Below are positions 28,711-39,516 of a stretch of DNA of 64,000 bases, one piece after another (within the stretch, counting starts at the first letter, position 1; each line of letters begins with the position of its first letter). A program made the position numbers and the translations under genes. The DNA is from Candidatus Woesearchaeota archaeon (GTDB lineage Archaea; Nanobdellota; Nanobdellia; Woesearchaeales; UBA583), in assembly GCA_965205335.1 (NCBI GenBank), contig OZ242164.1:640001-704000 (forward strand), written 5' to 3'. The notes below the pieces were generated by a model, which was not told the origin of the DNA, ran no database searches, and saw only the letters and a program-made list of their open reading frames with translations.

Positions 28711-31062
28711 CTATTTCTTCTGATTTGTTTCCTTTTTACTTTTAGATGCCTTTTTTTCAGAAGGAATAATTGGGGATTTCAAATCAACCTTACCATTAAC
28801 TATTTTCATCATAGTTTTGCACTTAGGATAACCATTGCACCCAAGAAACTCTCCATAAGAAGACTTCCTTAAAACCATCTTCCCCTCATTACAAGTAGGA
28901 CAAACCATTCCTTCCTCCTCATACTTCTTCTCACTACTCATCTCATCTTCATCAGGATTAATACATACCTTCTGCAACTTCCCCTCAGACTTTCCAGCAA
29001 GAACCCATATCTTGCCATTCTCATCAACAGCCCCTTCCTCAATACCTCGTACAATATTTGCCTGCGGAACATTAAAAATTGTTTTACAATCTGGATACTT
29101 ATCACATCCTATAAACATCTTCCCACTCTTTTTAGCTTTTCTGATAAGAAGAACACCTTCTGAGCAATTAGGACACTTTGCAATCTTTAACCTTGAAAGA
29201 TCTGAAATCTTAGATGCCTTAGCAAGTTTTTTTCCCAATTCAACCTCACTGCCTTTAATTGTATCTAAAATTTTCGTTAATTCAGCCTTTGCAACATCTA
29301 AAACCTTCTCAGGTGCTGACTTCTCAGAACGGATTTTCTCCATCTCCTTCTCAAACTGTCTTGTAAGTTTCTCATCAACCAAATCAGGACACTCATCAAA
29401 AATAACCTCATCCATCCTAATTCCCAACTCAGAAACCTTAATCGACTTACCCTCAATATATCCCCTCTCTCTTAAACTATCTAAAATTGCCGCCCTTGTT
29501 GCCTTCGTTCCAAGATTTCTCTTTTCAAGTTCCTTAATAATTGAAGCATCAGTATACCTCTTAGGTGGAGATGTCTCCTTCTCAAGTTTCTCAATCTTCT
29601 TATTAACAACCTTAGCACCCTTATTAAGGCTTGGCAACTCAACTTCCTCAAACCTCAAATAAGGCTCATACAAATCATGCCAGTTCCTCTCAACAGTTCT
29701 TGTTCCCCTTAACACGAAATTATGAGAATTCACATTAATGCTAATAACATTTGTCTCACGAACTGCATCCTCTCCAAACACCGCTAAAAACCTCTTAACA
29801 ATTAAATCATATAACTTCTTCTCAGCCCCTTCAAATTTTGAGGGAATTTCTCCTGTTGGATGAATTGCAGGATGGGCAGGATCATCTTTCTTTCCCTCAT
29901 TTGGTTTAACTTTGGGATTAACTTTTAAAACCAGTTCAACCTTATCCCTATACATAGATTGTCCTGCAAGTCTCTTCAATTTATCATTCAAATCAAGTTC
30001 CTTTGGGAGTTTCTGTGACGACGTCCTTGGATACGAAGTATACCCTCCCACATACAAACTCTGAGCAATCTCAAGAGTTCTCTTAGGTGAAAACCCAAGC
30101 ATAGTACTTGCCTCAATCTGAAGAGAAGTCAAATCAAAAGGAGTTGGAACTTTCTGCTTAAACTTTTTTGCAGAAATATCTTCTATAACTCCATCCTTGC
30201 CAGTAGTCTCACAAACAACCTGCTCTGCCCATTTCTCATCAAAAACCTTTGTCTTGTCAACAGAAGACTTGACACCCTCAGAATCAGAAAAATCAGAAAC
30301 ATCACTTCTAACTTTCTTTGCTTTATCCAAAGGCATCTCATACTGAGCCCTGACATCAACACTATCACAATCACCATCTAAATAAATCTCACAAAACTTC
30401 TCAGGCTTAAATGCCTCAATTTCCTTCTCTCTATGAGCTAAAAAATGAAGAGTTGGGGCCTGAACTCTTCCGGTAGATAAAACCTTGAACTGATTAACTC
30501 CTCTTCTTATTGAAGTAGTAAATGCTCTTGACAAATTAATACCATAGAGCCAATCAAGCTTATGCCTTGTGGTCCCTGCCTTTGCCTGTCCCCACTCAAG
30601 ATGACTCTGCTTATTCTCATACGACTTAACCAACTCATTCTTTGTAAGAGTTGAAAACTTCATTCGGTTTGCATCACTCCTATTTAAAGCCAAAGTTACA
30701 ATATTAAGTCCTATAACCTCTCCCTCAACATCAAAATCAGATGCAACGGTAACCTCTTTAGCATCCTTTCCCAAAGCAATAAGAACATTAACATAATCCT
30801 TTGTATAAGCCAAAGCCTTACTTAACTTATACGTTGGTTTCCATTCAGTTTCAAAAACAGGATACTTCCAAGACTCCCCTCCTTTCTCACTAAGAGAATA
30901 TAAATGCCCAACAGCACAGCCAACTCTAATTTGCTTTCCATTATGCGTTAAAGAATAATAATTAACTCCTTTCTCCCTTAATTTGAGAGGGGTATTATCA
31001 GCCAAAGCCATTGCAATCTTCTGGGCTGCCTGTGGTTTTTCAGAAATAATAAGTTCATACAT
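28711..31062 (-). CDS. topA: DNA topoisomerase IA with C-terminal zinc ribbons
   Basis: ISEKP, DFDVEGE, STGRVQ, SYPRT, HPAIHPT, LGTKATR. Confidence 0.97.
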   Translation of the reverse strand: MYELIISEKPQAAQKIAMALADNTPLKLREKGVNYYSLTHNGKQIRVGCAVGHLYSLSEKGGESWKYPVFETEWKPTYKLSKALAYTKDYVNVLIALGKDAKEVTVASDFDVEGEVIGLNIVTLALNRSDANRMKFSTLTKNELVKSYENKQSHLEWGQAKAGTTRHKLDWLYGINLSRAFTTSIRRGVNQFKVLSTGRVQAPTLHFLAHREKEIEAFKPEKFCEIYLDGDCDSVDVRAQYEMPLDKAKKVRSDVSDFSDSEGVKSSVDKTKVFDEKWAEQVVCETTGKDGVIEDISAKKFKQKVPTPFDLTSLQIEASTMLGFSPKRTLEIAQSLYVGGYTSYPRTSSQKLPKELDLNDKLKRLAGQSMYRDKVELVLKVNPKVKPNEGKKDDPAHPAIHPTGEIPSKFEGAEKKLYDLIVKRFLAVFGEDAVRETNVISINVNSHNFVLRGTRTVERNWHDLYEPYLRFEEVELPSLNKGAKVVNKKIEKLEKETSPPKRYTDASIIKELEKRNLGTKATRAAILDSLRERGYIEGKSIKVSELGIRMDEVIFDECPDLVDEKLTRQFEKEMEKIRSEKSAPEKVLDVAKAELTKILDTIKGSEVELGKKLAKASKISDLSRLKIAKCPNCSEGVLLIRKAKKSGKMFIGCDKYPDCKTIFNVPQANIVRGIEEGAVDENGKIWVLAGKSEGKLQKVCINPDEDEMSSEKKYEEEGMVCPTCNEGKMVLRKSSYGEFLGCNGYPKCKTMMKIVNGKVDLKSPIIPSEKKASKSKKETNQKK

Positions 31063-31213
31063 ATTTAATTAAAGTAGAAGAAACTTTTTATAAGTCTTTG
31101 TTTTAAAAGAATTACAAAAACCAAACTAAAATCAAAAACTCCAAAAAACCATTCAAAAATATCAAAAAACATAAAACCCAAAAAAACTATCACAACATCT
31201 AAAAACTCATAGC

Positions 31214-31870
31214 CTATAACTTTAACTCTAAATACAAATTCCCTTTATCATACTGTAATTTCCTTACCCTTAAATTTACACTCATGCAAAGACTCTTTAA
31301 CTCATCCTCTCTAAACAAATAATAAAACCTATTAAACTTCTCACTTTTATAAGTATAAGTAACTCTCACTCTCTGCTTACTCTCATCAATAAACTTAAAC
31401 TTTCCCTTCTCAATCTGCTTATCTAAAAATTCTTTTTTGGGAAACCAATTTGAAAGCAAAATAACACCATTAGACTTTACAACCCTTCTCATTTCATTTA
31501 AAGCCTTTAACTGTTCCTCTCTCTCAAGCAAATGATGAAAACTTGCAATACAAATTACAATATCAAAAGAATTACTCTCAAAAGGCAGACTCTCCAAATC
31601 AGCCTGCGCAACCTCAAACCCTTTCTTCTTTGTAACATCAAGCTGATTCTCTGAAAAATCACAACCCACTAAATTAAAATCACAAAACCCAATCTTTAGG
31701 GCATACTCCAAATGCCTTCCATTCCCGCATCCTAAATCAAGAAGTTTCAAATCTCCCTTATCCGAAAAACTATCAAGAAACTCACAAACAACTTTCCACA
31801 CATATCCTCTCTTAGAATCCCAACTGAAATCAAATCATAAGTCTCTTCATTAACCTTTTTATAGCGCATC
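31214..31870 (-). pseudogene. Class I SAM methyltransferase (Trm9/ALKBH8-like); frameshift near the 5' end, could still be expressed from GTG 31801
   Basis: LDLGCGNGRH, IASFHHL, RFYYLF; MRYKKVNEETYDLIS and SWDSKRGYVW lie in different frames. Confidence 0.75.
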
Positions 31871-31995
31871 ACAAAAACAAATCCTGCAAATTTTATATAT
31901 TTAAGCAAAAAGAAAATCAAATCATAAGTCTCTTCATTAACCTGCATCACAAAAACAAATCCTGCAAATTTTATATATTTAAGCAAAAAGAAAAC
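31827..31995. repeat. Imperfect tandem duplication (~87 bp) of promoter plus first codons
   Basis: aaatcaaatcataagtctcttcattaacc and gcatcacaaaaacaaatcctgcaaattttatatatttaagcaaaaagaaaa each occur twice; second copy is 9 bp shorter. Confidence 0.9.
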
Positions 31996-32053
31996 ATCAT
32001 AATCTGAAATCCCAAACAAAACTTTTTAAATCAAATTGACTTTTAAAATCTAT

Positions 32054-34021
32054 ATGGCAAAGACTGGTTCTAAGAAACCAAATGAGAAGAAAACTGAAAC
32101 AAAGAAAAATCCCATAAAAGACTATCTAAACTTTAAAGACACAGAAGAAATAAATGTTGCAGATAAAATTGTTAGTAAAGTCATAGGTCAAGAAGATGCA
32201 CTTGAAGTTATAAAAAAAGCAGCCGCCCAGAAAAGGCATATCCTCCTGCTTGGAGAACCGGGGACAGGTAAATCAATGCTTGGAAAAGCACTTGCAGAAA
32301 TACTTGCAACAAAAAGTGCACTAGATGTTCTGTCGTATCCAAACCCAAAAGATGAAAATAATCCCATTATTAAAATCACAAAAGCAGGAGATGGAGAGAA
32401 AATTGTAAGCAGTTCAAAAGCAACCCAGTTAAATGGCATGAGTAGAGGACAGGGAGGAGCACTAATACTATTTCTAATACTTGGATTTGCAATATCTTAT
32501 TACCATTACTGGAGATGGATTACTGAGAAGATTCCCGATGTAGTATATGCTGGATGGATTATTGCAGATGTTATAATAATTGCCTTTCTTGTCTTTGCAA
32601 TTGTTCTCTCATCATCTATCTCGAAAAAATCAGGGCTTGGAGGCAGTGCAGATCAAACATCACCTAAACTAATAGTTGACAACTCAAACAAAAAAATCAT
32701 ATTTGAAGATGCAAGTGGTGCTCATGAAGGAGCTCTTTTAGGAGATGTGTTACACGACCCTTTCCAATCAGGAGGATTAGGAACACCTGCCCACCAAAGA
32801 GTTGTTGCAGGGATGATTCACAAAGCAAATGGAGGAGTCTTATTCGTAGATGAAATTGCAACACTAAAACCAGAAATGCAGCAAGAACTACTAACAGCAA
32901 TGCAGGAAAAAGAAATGTCAATTACAGGACGTTCAGAACGTTCAGCAGGAGCAATGGTTAGAACAACTCCCGTTCCCACAGATTTCATTCTAATTGCGGC
33001 AGGAAACTTAGAAACTCTAACCCATATGCATCCTGCTTTAAGATCAAGAATCAGAGGTTACGGTTATGAAATTTATATGAACGAAAATATGGAAGATAAC
33101 TCAGATAACAGAAAGAAAATTATTCAGTTCATAGCGCAAGAAGTAAAAGGAGATGGAAAAATACCTCACTTCACTCCTCAAGCCGCAGAACTAATCATAC
33201 TTGAAGCAAAAAAGAGAGCAGACAAAGGAAACAAACTAACAACAAGATTTAGAGAACTTGGAGGAATAGTAAGAGCTGCAGGTGATATTGCAATTGAAAA
33301 GAAACATAAATTAGTTGAAACCATGGATATGAAAGATGCATTAACTAAAATCAAATCAATTGAAGGGCAGATGATATCTCGATACATCGAAATAAAAAAG
33401 CAGTATTCAGTAATTAGCACAACAGGTTCTGAAATTGGAAAAATTAATGGTTTGGCAGTTGTTGGACAGACACCTCCTTATGCGGGGATGATTATGCCAA
33501 TTGAAGCAGAAGTTGTAAAAGGTTCTAAGGGTGTATCATTTACCGCAACAGGAAAACTTGGAGAAATCGCAAAAGAATCCGTAACAAATGTCTCAGCTCT
33601 AATTCAGAAAATGTTTGGAGAAGATTTAACTAAGGACCATAGTGTATACATTCAGTTTGTTCAGACGCATACTGGAGTTGAAGGTGATAGCGCCTCTGTT
33701 GCAATTGCAACTTCAATTGTTTCAGCCTTAAAGAAAATTCCAATTAAACAGGACTTCGCTCTAACTGGCTCATTATCAATAAGAGGTGAGGTTCTTCCAA
33801 TTGGAGGAGTTAGTGCTAAAATTGAAGGAGCCTTTGAATCAGGAATTAAAAATATAATAATTCCTCAGTCAAACGTTCAGGACTTAGTAATTCCAGAGAG
33901 AATAAGAAAAGAAGTGAACATCTATCCAGTACACAACTTCGCTCAGATTTTAGACAAGATTCTTGATTGGAAAACAAAAGATAGTAAAACAAGAAATAAA
34001 GTTAAGAAATTATTGAAGTAA
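32054..34021 (+). CDS. lonB: Archaeal membrane-anchored Lon protease
   Basis: GEPGTGKS, two TMs, HDPFQSGG, EGDSAS, PIGGVSAK. Confidence 0.97.
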   Translation: MAKTGSKKPNEKKTETKKNPIKDYLNFKDTEEINVADKIVSKVIGQEDALEVIKKAAAQKRHILLLGEPGTGKSMLGKALAEILATKSALDVLSYPNPKDENNPIIKITKAGDGEKIVSSSKATQLNGMSRGQGGALILFLILGFAISYYHYWRWITEKIPDVVYAGWIIADVIIIAFLVFAIVLSSSISKKSGLGGSADQTSPKLIVDNSNKKIIFEDASGAHEGALLGDVLHDPFQSGGLGTPAHQRVVAGMIHKANGGVLFVDEIATLKPEMQQELLTAMQEKEMSITGRSERSAGAMVRTTPVPTDFILIAAGNLETLTHMHPALRSRIRGYGYEIYMNENMEDNSDNRKKIIQFIAQEVKGDGKIPHFTPQAAELIILEAKKRADKGNKLTTRFRELGGIVRAAGDIAIEKKHKLVETMDMKDALTKIKSIEGQMISRYIEIKKQYSVISTTGSEIGKINGLAVVGQTPPYAGMIMPIEAEVVKGSKGVSFTATGKLGEIAKESVTNVSALIQKMFGEDLTKDHSVYIQFVQTHTGVEGDSASVAIATSIVSALKKIPIKQDFALTGSLSIRGEVLPIGGVSAKIEGAFESGIKNIIIPQSNVQDLVIPERIRKEVNIYPVHNFAQILDKILDWKTKDSKTRNKVKKLLK

Positions 34022-34044
34022 TATTATGCAAAATAAATATTTTA

Positions 34045-34497
34045 TTATTTATTTTCTTTTTCAATCACTTCAATTTCATTAATTCTTCTCCTATGTCTGC
34101 TTTCTCCAATGAAATCAGTTTCTAGAAAAACTTTAATTATCTCATAATACTTAGAATGATCAAACTCTCTTGAACGAAGAGTTAAAACATTAGCATCCTC
34201 ATCAAGTCTTGCCATTTTAGATGAATACGTGTCAAATCCCAAAACTGCTCTTATTAAATTAATCTTATTTGCAGCAATACAAACCCCAACACCACTGCCG
34301 CATATTAAAATCCCAAACGAATTCTTTTCACTAAGAACCCTCGCGCAAACTTTCTTTGTAATCATAGGATAATCATCATCTAATTTGAACTCAAAAAAAC
34401 CAACATCCTCATACACACAATCAAGTTGCTCCAAAATATCCAAAATCTCTTTCTTAGTCTCAAACCCAGCATGATCACAACCAACAAAAACCTTCAT
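34045..34497 (-). CDS. rpiB: Ribose-5-phosphate isomerase B
   Basis: DHAG, DYP, ICGSGVG..IAANK, RHRRRI. Confidence 0.95.
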   Translation of the reverse strand: MKVFVGCDHAGFETKKEILDILEQLDCVYEDVGFFEFKLDDDYPMITKKVCARVLSEKNSFGILICGSGVGVCIAANKINLIRAVLGFDTYSSKMARLDEDANVLTLRSREFDHSKYYEIIKVFLETDFIGESRHRRRINEIEVIEKENK

Positions 34498-34582
34498 AAC
34501 AATTCACAAACTCAATCAATTATAAATATTTCTAACCCAAAAAATATTAGAAACACAAATATCATATTTCATATTAGAACTA

Positions 34583-36367
34583 TCACAACCCCCACAAAGT
34601 ATCTTCCTTTCTCATAATCTCTGCAATCTCTTTTAAAGTCCCAACCTCATCTTTACTTAGAAGATCTGAATTTCTCTTCAAACTTCTAAAATTCTCCTCT
34701 CCCATAAATGAATATAAAACCGAATCCTCCTGAGCATGCCTTCCTATAACCAAATCATCAACAGAAATTGCCGCAGACTTTCCAAACTCTAACTCTTTAA
34801 GATTATTAGAATTATCCTTAATCGACTTTAACTCCCCAACCCTTTTACCATAATCATTCATAAGCCTGACCCCTGTCTTAGCCTTTCCCCCTGTAACCTC
34901 AACTCCCACAATCGCAGGATTTGACGCCCTGAAAATACAATTAGATAAAATCTTTACTTTAAACGGCATAACCAATGACTCTAATCTTTTTCTGTTAATT
35001 TCAATCTCTTTTTTCTCAATCCACTGCGATGCATCCTCAACCAACTTATATATAATATCATTTGAAATAACCTCAACATTATACTCCTTTGCCATTGCAA
35101 GAGTATCATCATCTATCTTCTGTGAAAAATTTAAAACAAGAGCATTCTTAGGATTATGCTTTAAATCTGCACCTGCATCAATTACATCCTTTCTATTCAC
35201 TTTTCCAATCAAAGCCTTTCTTAACGGAATATTATGTTCCTCTAATATATGCGAAAGAGCTTCAAGTGAACCTAAAGTATCTGCCTTGATAAGAACACCC
35301 TCATCACTGTGATTTATTGAAACTTCTGCTTTTTCTCTCTCCAACTCCTCAATGTATTGGTTCAGTTCAATCTCTGTTACATCTGCCCGCGCAGTAATTA
35401 TGGGCATTCCTGCTTTAATATCCTCTAAATCCGGACAGGCTAACTTAATTCCTGATGCAGCCCAAACTTCCTTAACTACTTCAAACTTAGTAGAACTATC
35501 TCTTATCTCCGTTAATTCCTTTGGCTTCAAAATTGATTTTAACCTTGACTTCTGAACCCCATCAATATCAAGTGCTAAAACCACATCATCCGATTTTATA
35601 AGCCCATCATACAAAATCACATCAATTGTCTTTCCAAGTCCCGTATAATCCTTCACCTCAAGAATAACTCCCTTTGATGAATCAAGATTTTTAATTGTTA
35701 ACTTTTCCTCCATGTATTTCTGAGTAAGTCCTGTAAGTGTTGAAATAAGTTCAGTTATACCTTCCCCTGTCTTTGCTGAAATTGGAACAATCGCAACAGA
35801 CTTTGTAAAATCATCAATCCTATCAAACCTCTCAGAATTTATTCCAAACTCAGCAACTTTTCCTACTATCTCATATATCTTTTCCTCAAACTTATAATTA
35901 ACCCTTTGCTCCTGAGAATTTATACTATCAATTAATTTCATTTTAGGATGAGAATCCCACCCTGCAATATTATCTATCTTATTTGCCGCAATTACAAATG
36001 GAGTCTTCATTGACTTTAAAATCTCAAGAGCCTCAATCGTCTGGGGCTTAAAACCTTCATTAATATCAACCACAAGAATTCCAATATCTGATATTGATCC
36101 ACCTCTCTTTCTTAGAGAAGTAAACGCTTTATGCCCTGGCGTGTCAATAAACAAAAGTCCTGGAATCTTTATGGCCTCTTTGGGAATAAACCCCTTAACA
36201 ATTTTAATTAAATTTTCCTTGGAAACTTCTGTTGCTCCTATATGCTGGGTAATACCTCCTGCTTCTTTAGAAATAAGTTTTGAGTTTCGTATAAAATCAA
36301 GAAATGATGTTTTTCCATGGTCAACATGACCCAGAACTGAAATAATTGGCTGGCGTAAATAAGACAT
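34583..36367 (-). CDS. infB: Translation initiation factor aIF5B/IF-2
   Basis: GHVDHGKT, EAGGITQHIGA, DTPGH, NKID, DTLGSLEAL. Confidence 0.97.
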   Translation of the reverse strand: MSYLRQPIISVLGHVDHGKTSFLDFIRNSKLISKEAGGITQHIGATEVSKENLIKIVKGFIPKEAIKIPGLLFIDTPGHKAFTSLRKRGGSISDIGILVVDINEGFKPQTIEALEILKSMKTPFVIAANKIDNIAGWDSHPKMKLIDSINSQEQRVNYKFEEKIYEIVGKVAEFGINSERFDRIDDFTKSVAIVPISAKTGEGITELISTLTGLTQKYMEEKLTIKNLDSSKGVILEVKDYTGLGKTIDVILYDGLIKSDDVVLALDIDGVQKSRLKSILKPKELTEIRDSSTKFEVVKEVWAASGIKLACPDLEDIKAGMPIITARADVTEIELNQYIEELEREKAEVSINHSDEGVLIKADTLGSLEALSHILEEHNIPLRKALIGKVNRKDVIDAGADLKHNPKNALVLNFSQKIDDDTLAMAKEYNVEVISNDIIYKLVEDASQWIEKKEIEINRKRLESLVMPFKVKILSNCIFRASNPAIVGVEVTGGKAKTGVRLMNDYGKRVGELKSIKDNSNNLKELEFGKSAAISVDDLVIGRHAQEDSVLYSFMGEENFRSLKRNSDLLSKDEVGTLKEIAEIMRKEDTLWGL

Positions 36368-36434
36368 AATAAGTCACCTCGTTTAAACATAGAACTAATT
36401 AATCCATATGAGTTTATAAAAGAAATGGTTTAAC

Positions 36435-37328
36435 GGCACTGTCCATAAATTCAAATTTAAGAATTAACAACTCGAAAAAACAATGTTTAATTTTGAAACT
36501 TTTCCAAACTATATACAATTATATACGTTTGTAAACACTTGTATATAAACTACAACAAATCATATCGTTTTCGGTGTTTTTTTTTGTTATTATGCATAAT
36601 AATTATATACATTTGTATATAAACCACAACGAATCATATCGTTTTAGGTGTTTTTTTGTTATTTCCACTATATACAATCATATACGCTTGTAAACAAACT
36701 GTAACGAATTGTATCGTTTTCGGTGTTTTTTTTGTTGAGTTTGAATGACTTGTTAAATTTGTTTGTTATTTTCACCATATACAATCATATACGCTTGTAA
36801 ACAAACTATAACGAATTGTATCATTTTAGGAGTTTTTTCATGTTGAAATCTATTTTTGATGTTTTCTCCCATGATTATCTTTAGAATTTTGATGTTTATA
36901 AAGATATTTATTTGAGGGTTCTGTAACAAATTCTGCTACAATTTCTAATGTGTTTTCCGCTGAAAATCTGAACATTATACTGTTCATCTCTTTGATTATA
37001 GTGATGATGATAATAGTCGGAATAGGATACAAATATAAAATACTTAATGAACTCCGACTTGGAAAGAGCAACACGCAAAAAAGCAAACTCCTCTAAATCC
37101 TTGATTGCTGTAATTATGTTTCTGAATCACTCTCCTCATAAATTCAAGAGAACTTAAAATATTGTATCAATAAAGTAATTTTTGACAAATAATCTTTTTC
37201 TTTTTCATCAATATTTAGAAAATTACACAACTACTCATAATCAGAAAGCACTTTGCTATCTGCTCTTCATTTTTAATTTTCTCTAATATCTCTTTTTAAT
37301 TCCTTTATTTGAATTTATGGACAGAGCC
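36435..37328. mobile_element. 894-bp non-autonomous element of the same TIR family
   Basis: TIR GGCACTGTCCATAAATTCAAA / TTTGAATTTATGGACAGAGCC (20/21); TSD GGTTTAAC at 36427-36434 and 37329-37336; MITE-like sequence nested from ~37128. Confidence 0.93.
36508..36845. repeat. Four imperfect ~65-80-bp non-coding repeats with internal palindromes and T-tracts
   Basis: tatacaat(c/t)atatacg.ttgtaaac...aacgaat..tatcgtttt(c/a)ggtgttttttt at ~36508, 36601, 36667, 36773. Confidence 0.85.
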
Positions 37329-37342
37329 GGTTTAACCTTTCA

Positions 37343-38152
37343 TTAATAATTATCATAATGAGATAGATATATTTTCTCTCCACAATTCTTGCAATGTATT
37401 GCATCAGGCTCGTGATGGTGAAGCCCACAGGAATTGCACACCACATTTCTTTTTCGAGAATCATGCAATAAAAATTTCAGCAAAGAGGAAATATGCCAAG
37501 GTATAATTATTATACCACCAAGAATCGCAAACATTGTAATTAATCTGCCAAGATATGTTGCAGGAACAATATCACCAAAACCAACTGTCGTTACTGTAAC
37601 AAGTATGAAATAAAGAGCATCATCAAAAGATTGAATATTTGGATTAACTTGATTCTCAAATGCATAAAAGAAACCAGAGGATACAAATATAATCATAAAT
37701 ATCATAAATAACAACCTGATAATAAATAGCTTATGAAAACCACCCTTACTAAGATGTAATCTGTGTGTTGAAAGGTAAATCTCTGAATATCTAAGTATTT
37801 TAAAAAATCTAAAAATTAATAAGAACTGCAAGTCTGATAGCCCAATCCAAAAAGGAATAATTGCAAGTATGTCAATCCAAGTATATACTGATTTAAAGTA
37901 TTTCTTTTTATTTCTTGAAACCCAATACCTTAAAAATATTTCAAATGTAAATACTAAAACTATTAACAACTCAATATAATTAATGACCTCTAAAATCATA
38001 TCTGACAGAGGATATGTTCCAAGCACATAAAGAACTGCACTTAATAAAATTAAAAATACAATTACTAAATCAAAATGATACAATCTCTTGTTATTATTAT
38101 ATCCAAGGTCTTTCATGTGAGACTTTGTTAGATTGTGTTTTGATTTTAACAT
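37343..38152 (-). CDS. Potassium channel (6TM ion transporter) with C-terminal zinc ribbon
   Basis: TTVGFGD selectivity filter; IDILAIIP; CNSC...CKNCG. Confidence 0.92.
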   Translation of the reverse strand: MLKSKHNLTKSHMKDLGYNNNKRLYHFDLVIVFLILLSAVLYVLGTYPLSDMILEVINYIELLIVLVFTFEIFLRYWVSRNKKKYFKSVYTWIDILAIIPFWIGLSDLQFLLIFRFFKILRYSEIYLSTHRLHLSKGGFHKLFIIRLLFMIFMIIFVSSGFFYAFENQVNPNIQSFDDALYFILVTVTTVGFGDIVPATYLGRLITMFAILGGIIIIPWHISSLLKFLLHDSRKRNVVCNSCGLHHHEPDAIHCKNCGEKIYLSHYDNY

Positions 38153-38205
38153 CTAAGCCATCTACCATTATTAAACTTTATAAACATTTACTTTTCCCAT
38201 ATAGT

Positions 38206-38667
38206 GTGTATAAAAAAATATATAAAATCATCAACAATAGATTTTTCGATCATTTATCTGCTTTAGGAAGTTTTGAAATATGTACATTGTACTTTATTCT
38301 ACTGCTCATTTTTGAGTTATATCCTGAGGCTTTATTTTATTTCATAGGATTTTTTATAATACATCTTATTGGAATAATAGTTAGAAGTTCTGTTAAAAAA
38401 GACAGGCCAACACCTTCTAAATATTCCGGAATTTTCGCAAGATATTACAATCCTTCATTTCCTTCAATGCACATGGCAAGAATTGTTTTTGTAGGTTTGC
38501 TTTTTATAAACTTGTTTAAAAAAATTGAGTTTAGCATTTTTATGATAATAATTATGATTATTGTAATGCAGTCAAGAATTCATATGAAAAAACATGATTA
38601 TTACGACATATTAGGAGGTATCTTTCTGGGAATTTTCATATATTATTTGATTAATTTAATCTTATAG
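38206..38667 (+). CDS. PAP2 family phosphatase
   Basis: K..RP, PSFPSMH, SRIHMKKHDYYD; start reassigned to GTG 38206 downstream of a TTTATAAA box. Confidence 0.85.
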   Translation: MYKKIYKIINNRFFDHLSALGSFEICTLYFILLLIFELYPEALFYFIGFFIIHLIGIIVRSSVKKDRPTPSKYSGIFARYYNPSFPSMHMARIVFVGLLFINLFKKIEFSIFMIIIMIIVMQSRIHMKKHDYYDILGGIFLGIFIYYLINLIL

Positions 38668-38699
38668 GTTTTTTGTACTAAAAATATTCTACAAATTTT

Positions 38700-39386
38700 T
38701 TATTGTATTATAGTTCCTTTGAATTCATTTCTGTCTAAGTAATTATTTAGGCTTGTTAAATCCTTTCCATTTATGACAGCAACTTTTAATTTCAGTTCTC
38801 TGCACTTTTTTGATGCAATAGGATCAAACGGAGCAGACATCCCCGGACTCCAGGTATCACCTACTATTTCGCAAAAATCATCCCAGCAAATTCTCTCATA
38901 TCTTTTTGCATCAGTATTTACTCTCGGGTCTTCACTATAAACATACTCAACATTTGATAAATTAATTACATCCTCTGCATTGAATTTTTCCGCTAAAAGA
39001 ACTGCAACATAATCAGAACTAAATCCTGGTTTCCAACCCGAACCAATTAATATTTTTTCATTAAATTCTATTTCTTTTAAATCTTTAATAGGGTTTTTAA
39101 TCACAAAGAGGTTTGCCTCACTTTTAAAAATTATTCTAAGCAAGTGACCATTAATTCTTGTTGCATGAATACCAAGCCAATCCTTATCAGAATCATCAAT
39201 TTGTGCAATCTTCTCAGTAGCTATTTGATACTTTCTGGCAGTTTTCCCTCCACCTGTTATTATTATAAATCTATCTCCCTTTTCAATTCTCTTTAATATG
39301 AACTGCTTAAATTCTTTTAGAAACTCAAAATCTATTTCATCTGGAACTATTAAAGAACCCCCCAATGAAATCACATGCAAACCCAT
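38700..39386 (-). CDS. pyrH: UMP kinase (archaeal type)
   Basis: SLGGS, GGGKTARKY, DWLGIHATR, PGFSSD, DPR, PFDP. Confidence 0.95.
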   Translation of the reverse strand: MGLHVISLGGSLIVPDEIDFEFLKEFKQFILKRIEKGDRFIIITGGGKTARKYQIATEKIAQIDDSDKDWLGIHATRINGHLLRIIFKSEANLFVIKNPIKDLKEIEFNEKILIGSGWKPGFSSDYVAVLLAEKFNAEDVINLSNVEYVYSEDPRVNTDAKRYERICWDDFCEIVGDTWSPGMSAPFDPIASKKCRELKLKVAVINGKDLTSLNNYLDRNEFKGTIIQ

Positions 39387-39516
39387 TCTAATAAAACCAA
39401 GAAATAAATCTTATTTAAAGTTTTCTACAAAGATAAGAATTTAAAAATGAACTAAATAAAACTCTAAACAATTACCTCTAACTTTCAATTCTTGAATAGG
39501 TAATTGAACTAACACT

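Noticed and set aside
29012-29662. 216-aa antisense ORF within topA (and similar antisense ORFs elsewhere)
   Set aside because: Expected shadow of biased codon usage on the coding strand
36508-36845. Possible CRISPR array or DGR template repeat (CGTTTTCGGTGT reads RFRC)
   Set aside because: Units are degenerate and irregularly spaced, differences are not adenine-specific, and no reverse transcriptase or matching variable repeat is in the window
36850-37086. 78-aa minus-strand ORF in the ORF track
   Set aside because: Weak start and antisense to a more plausible TM-encoding frame
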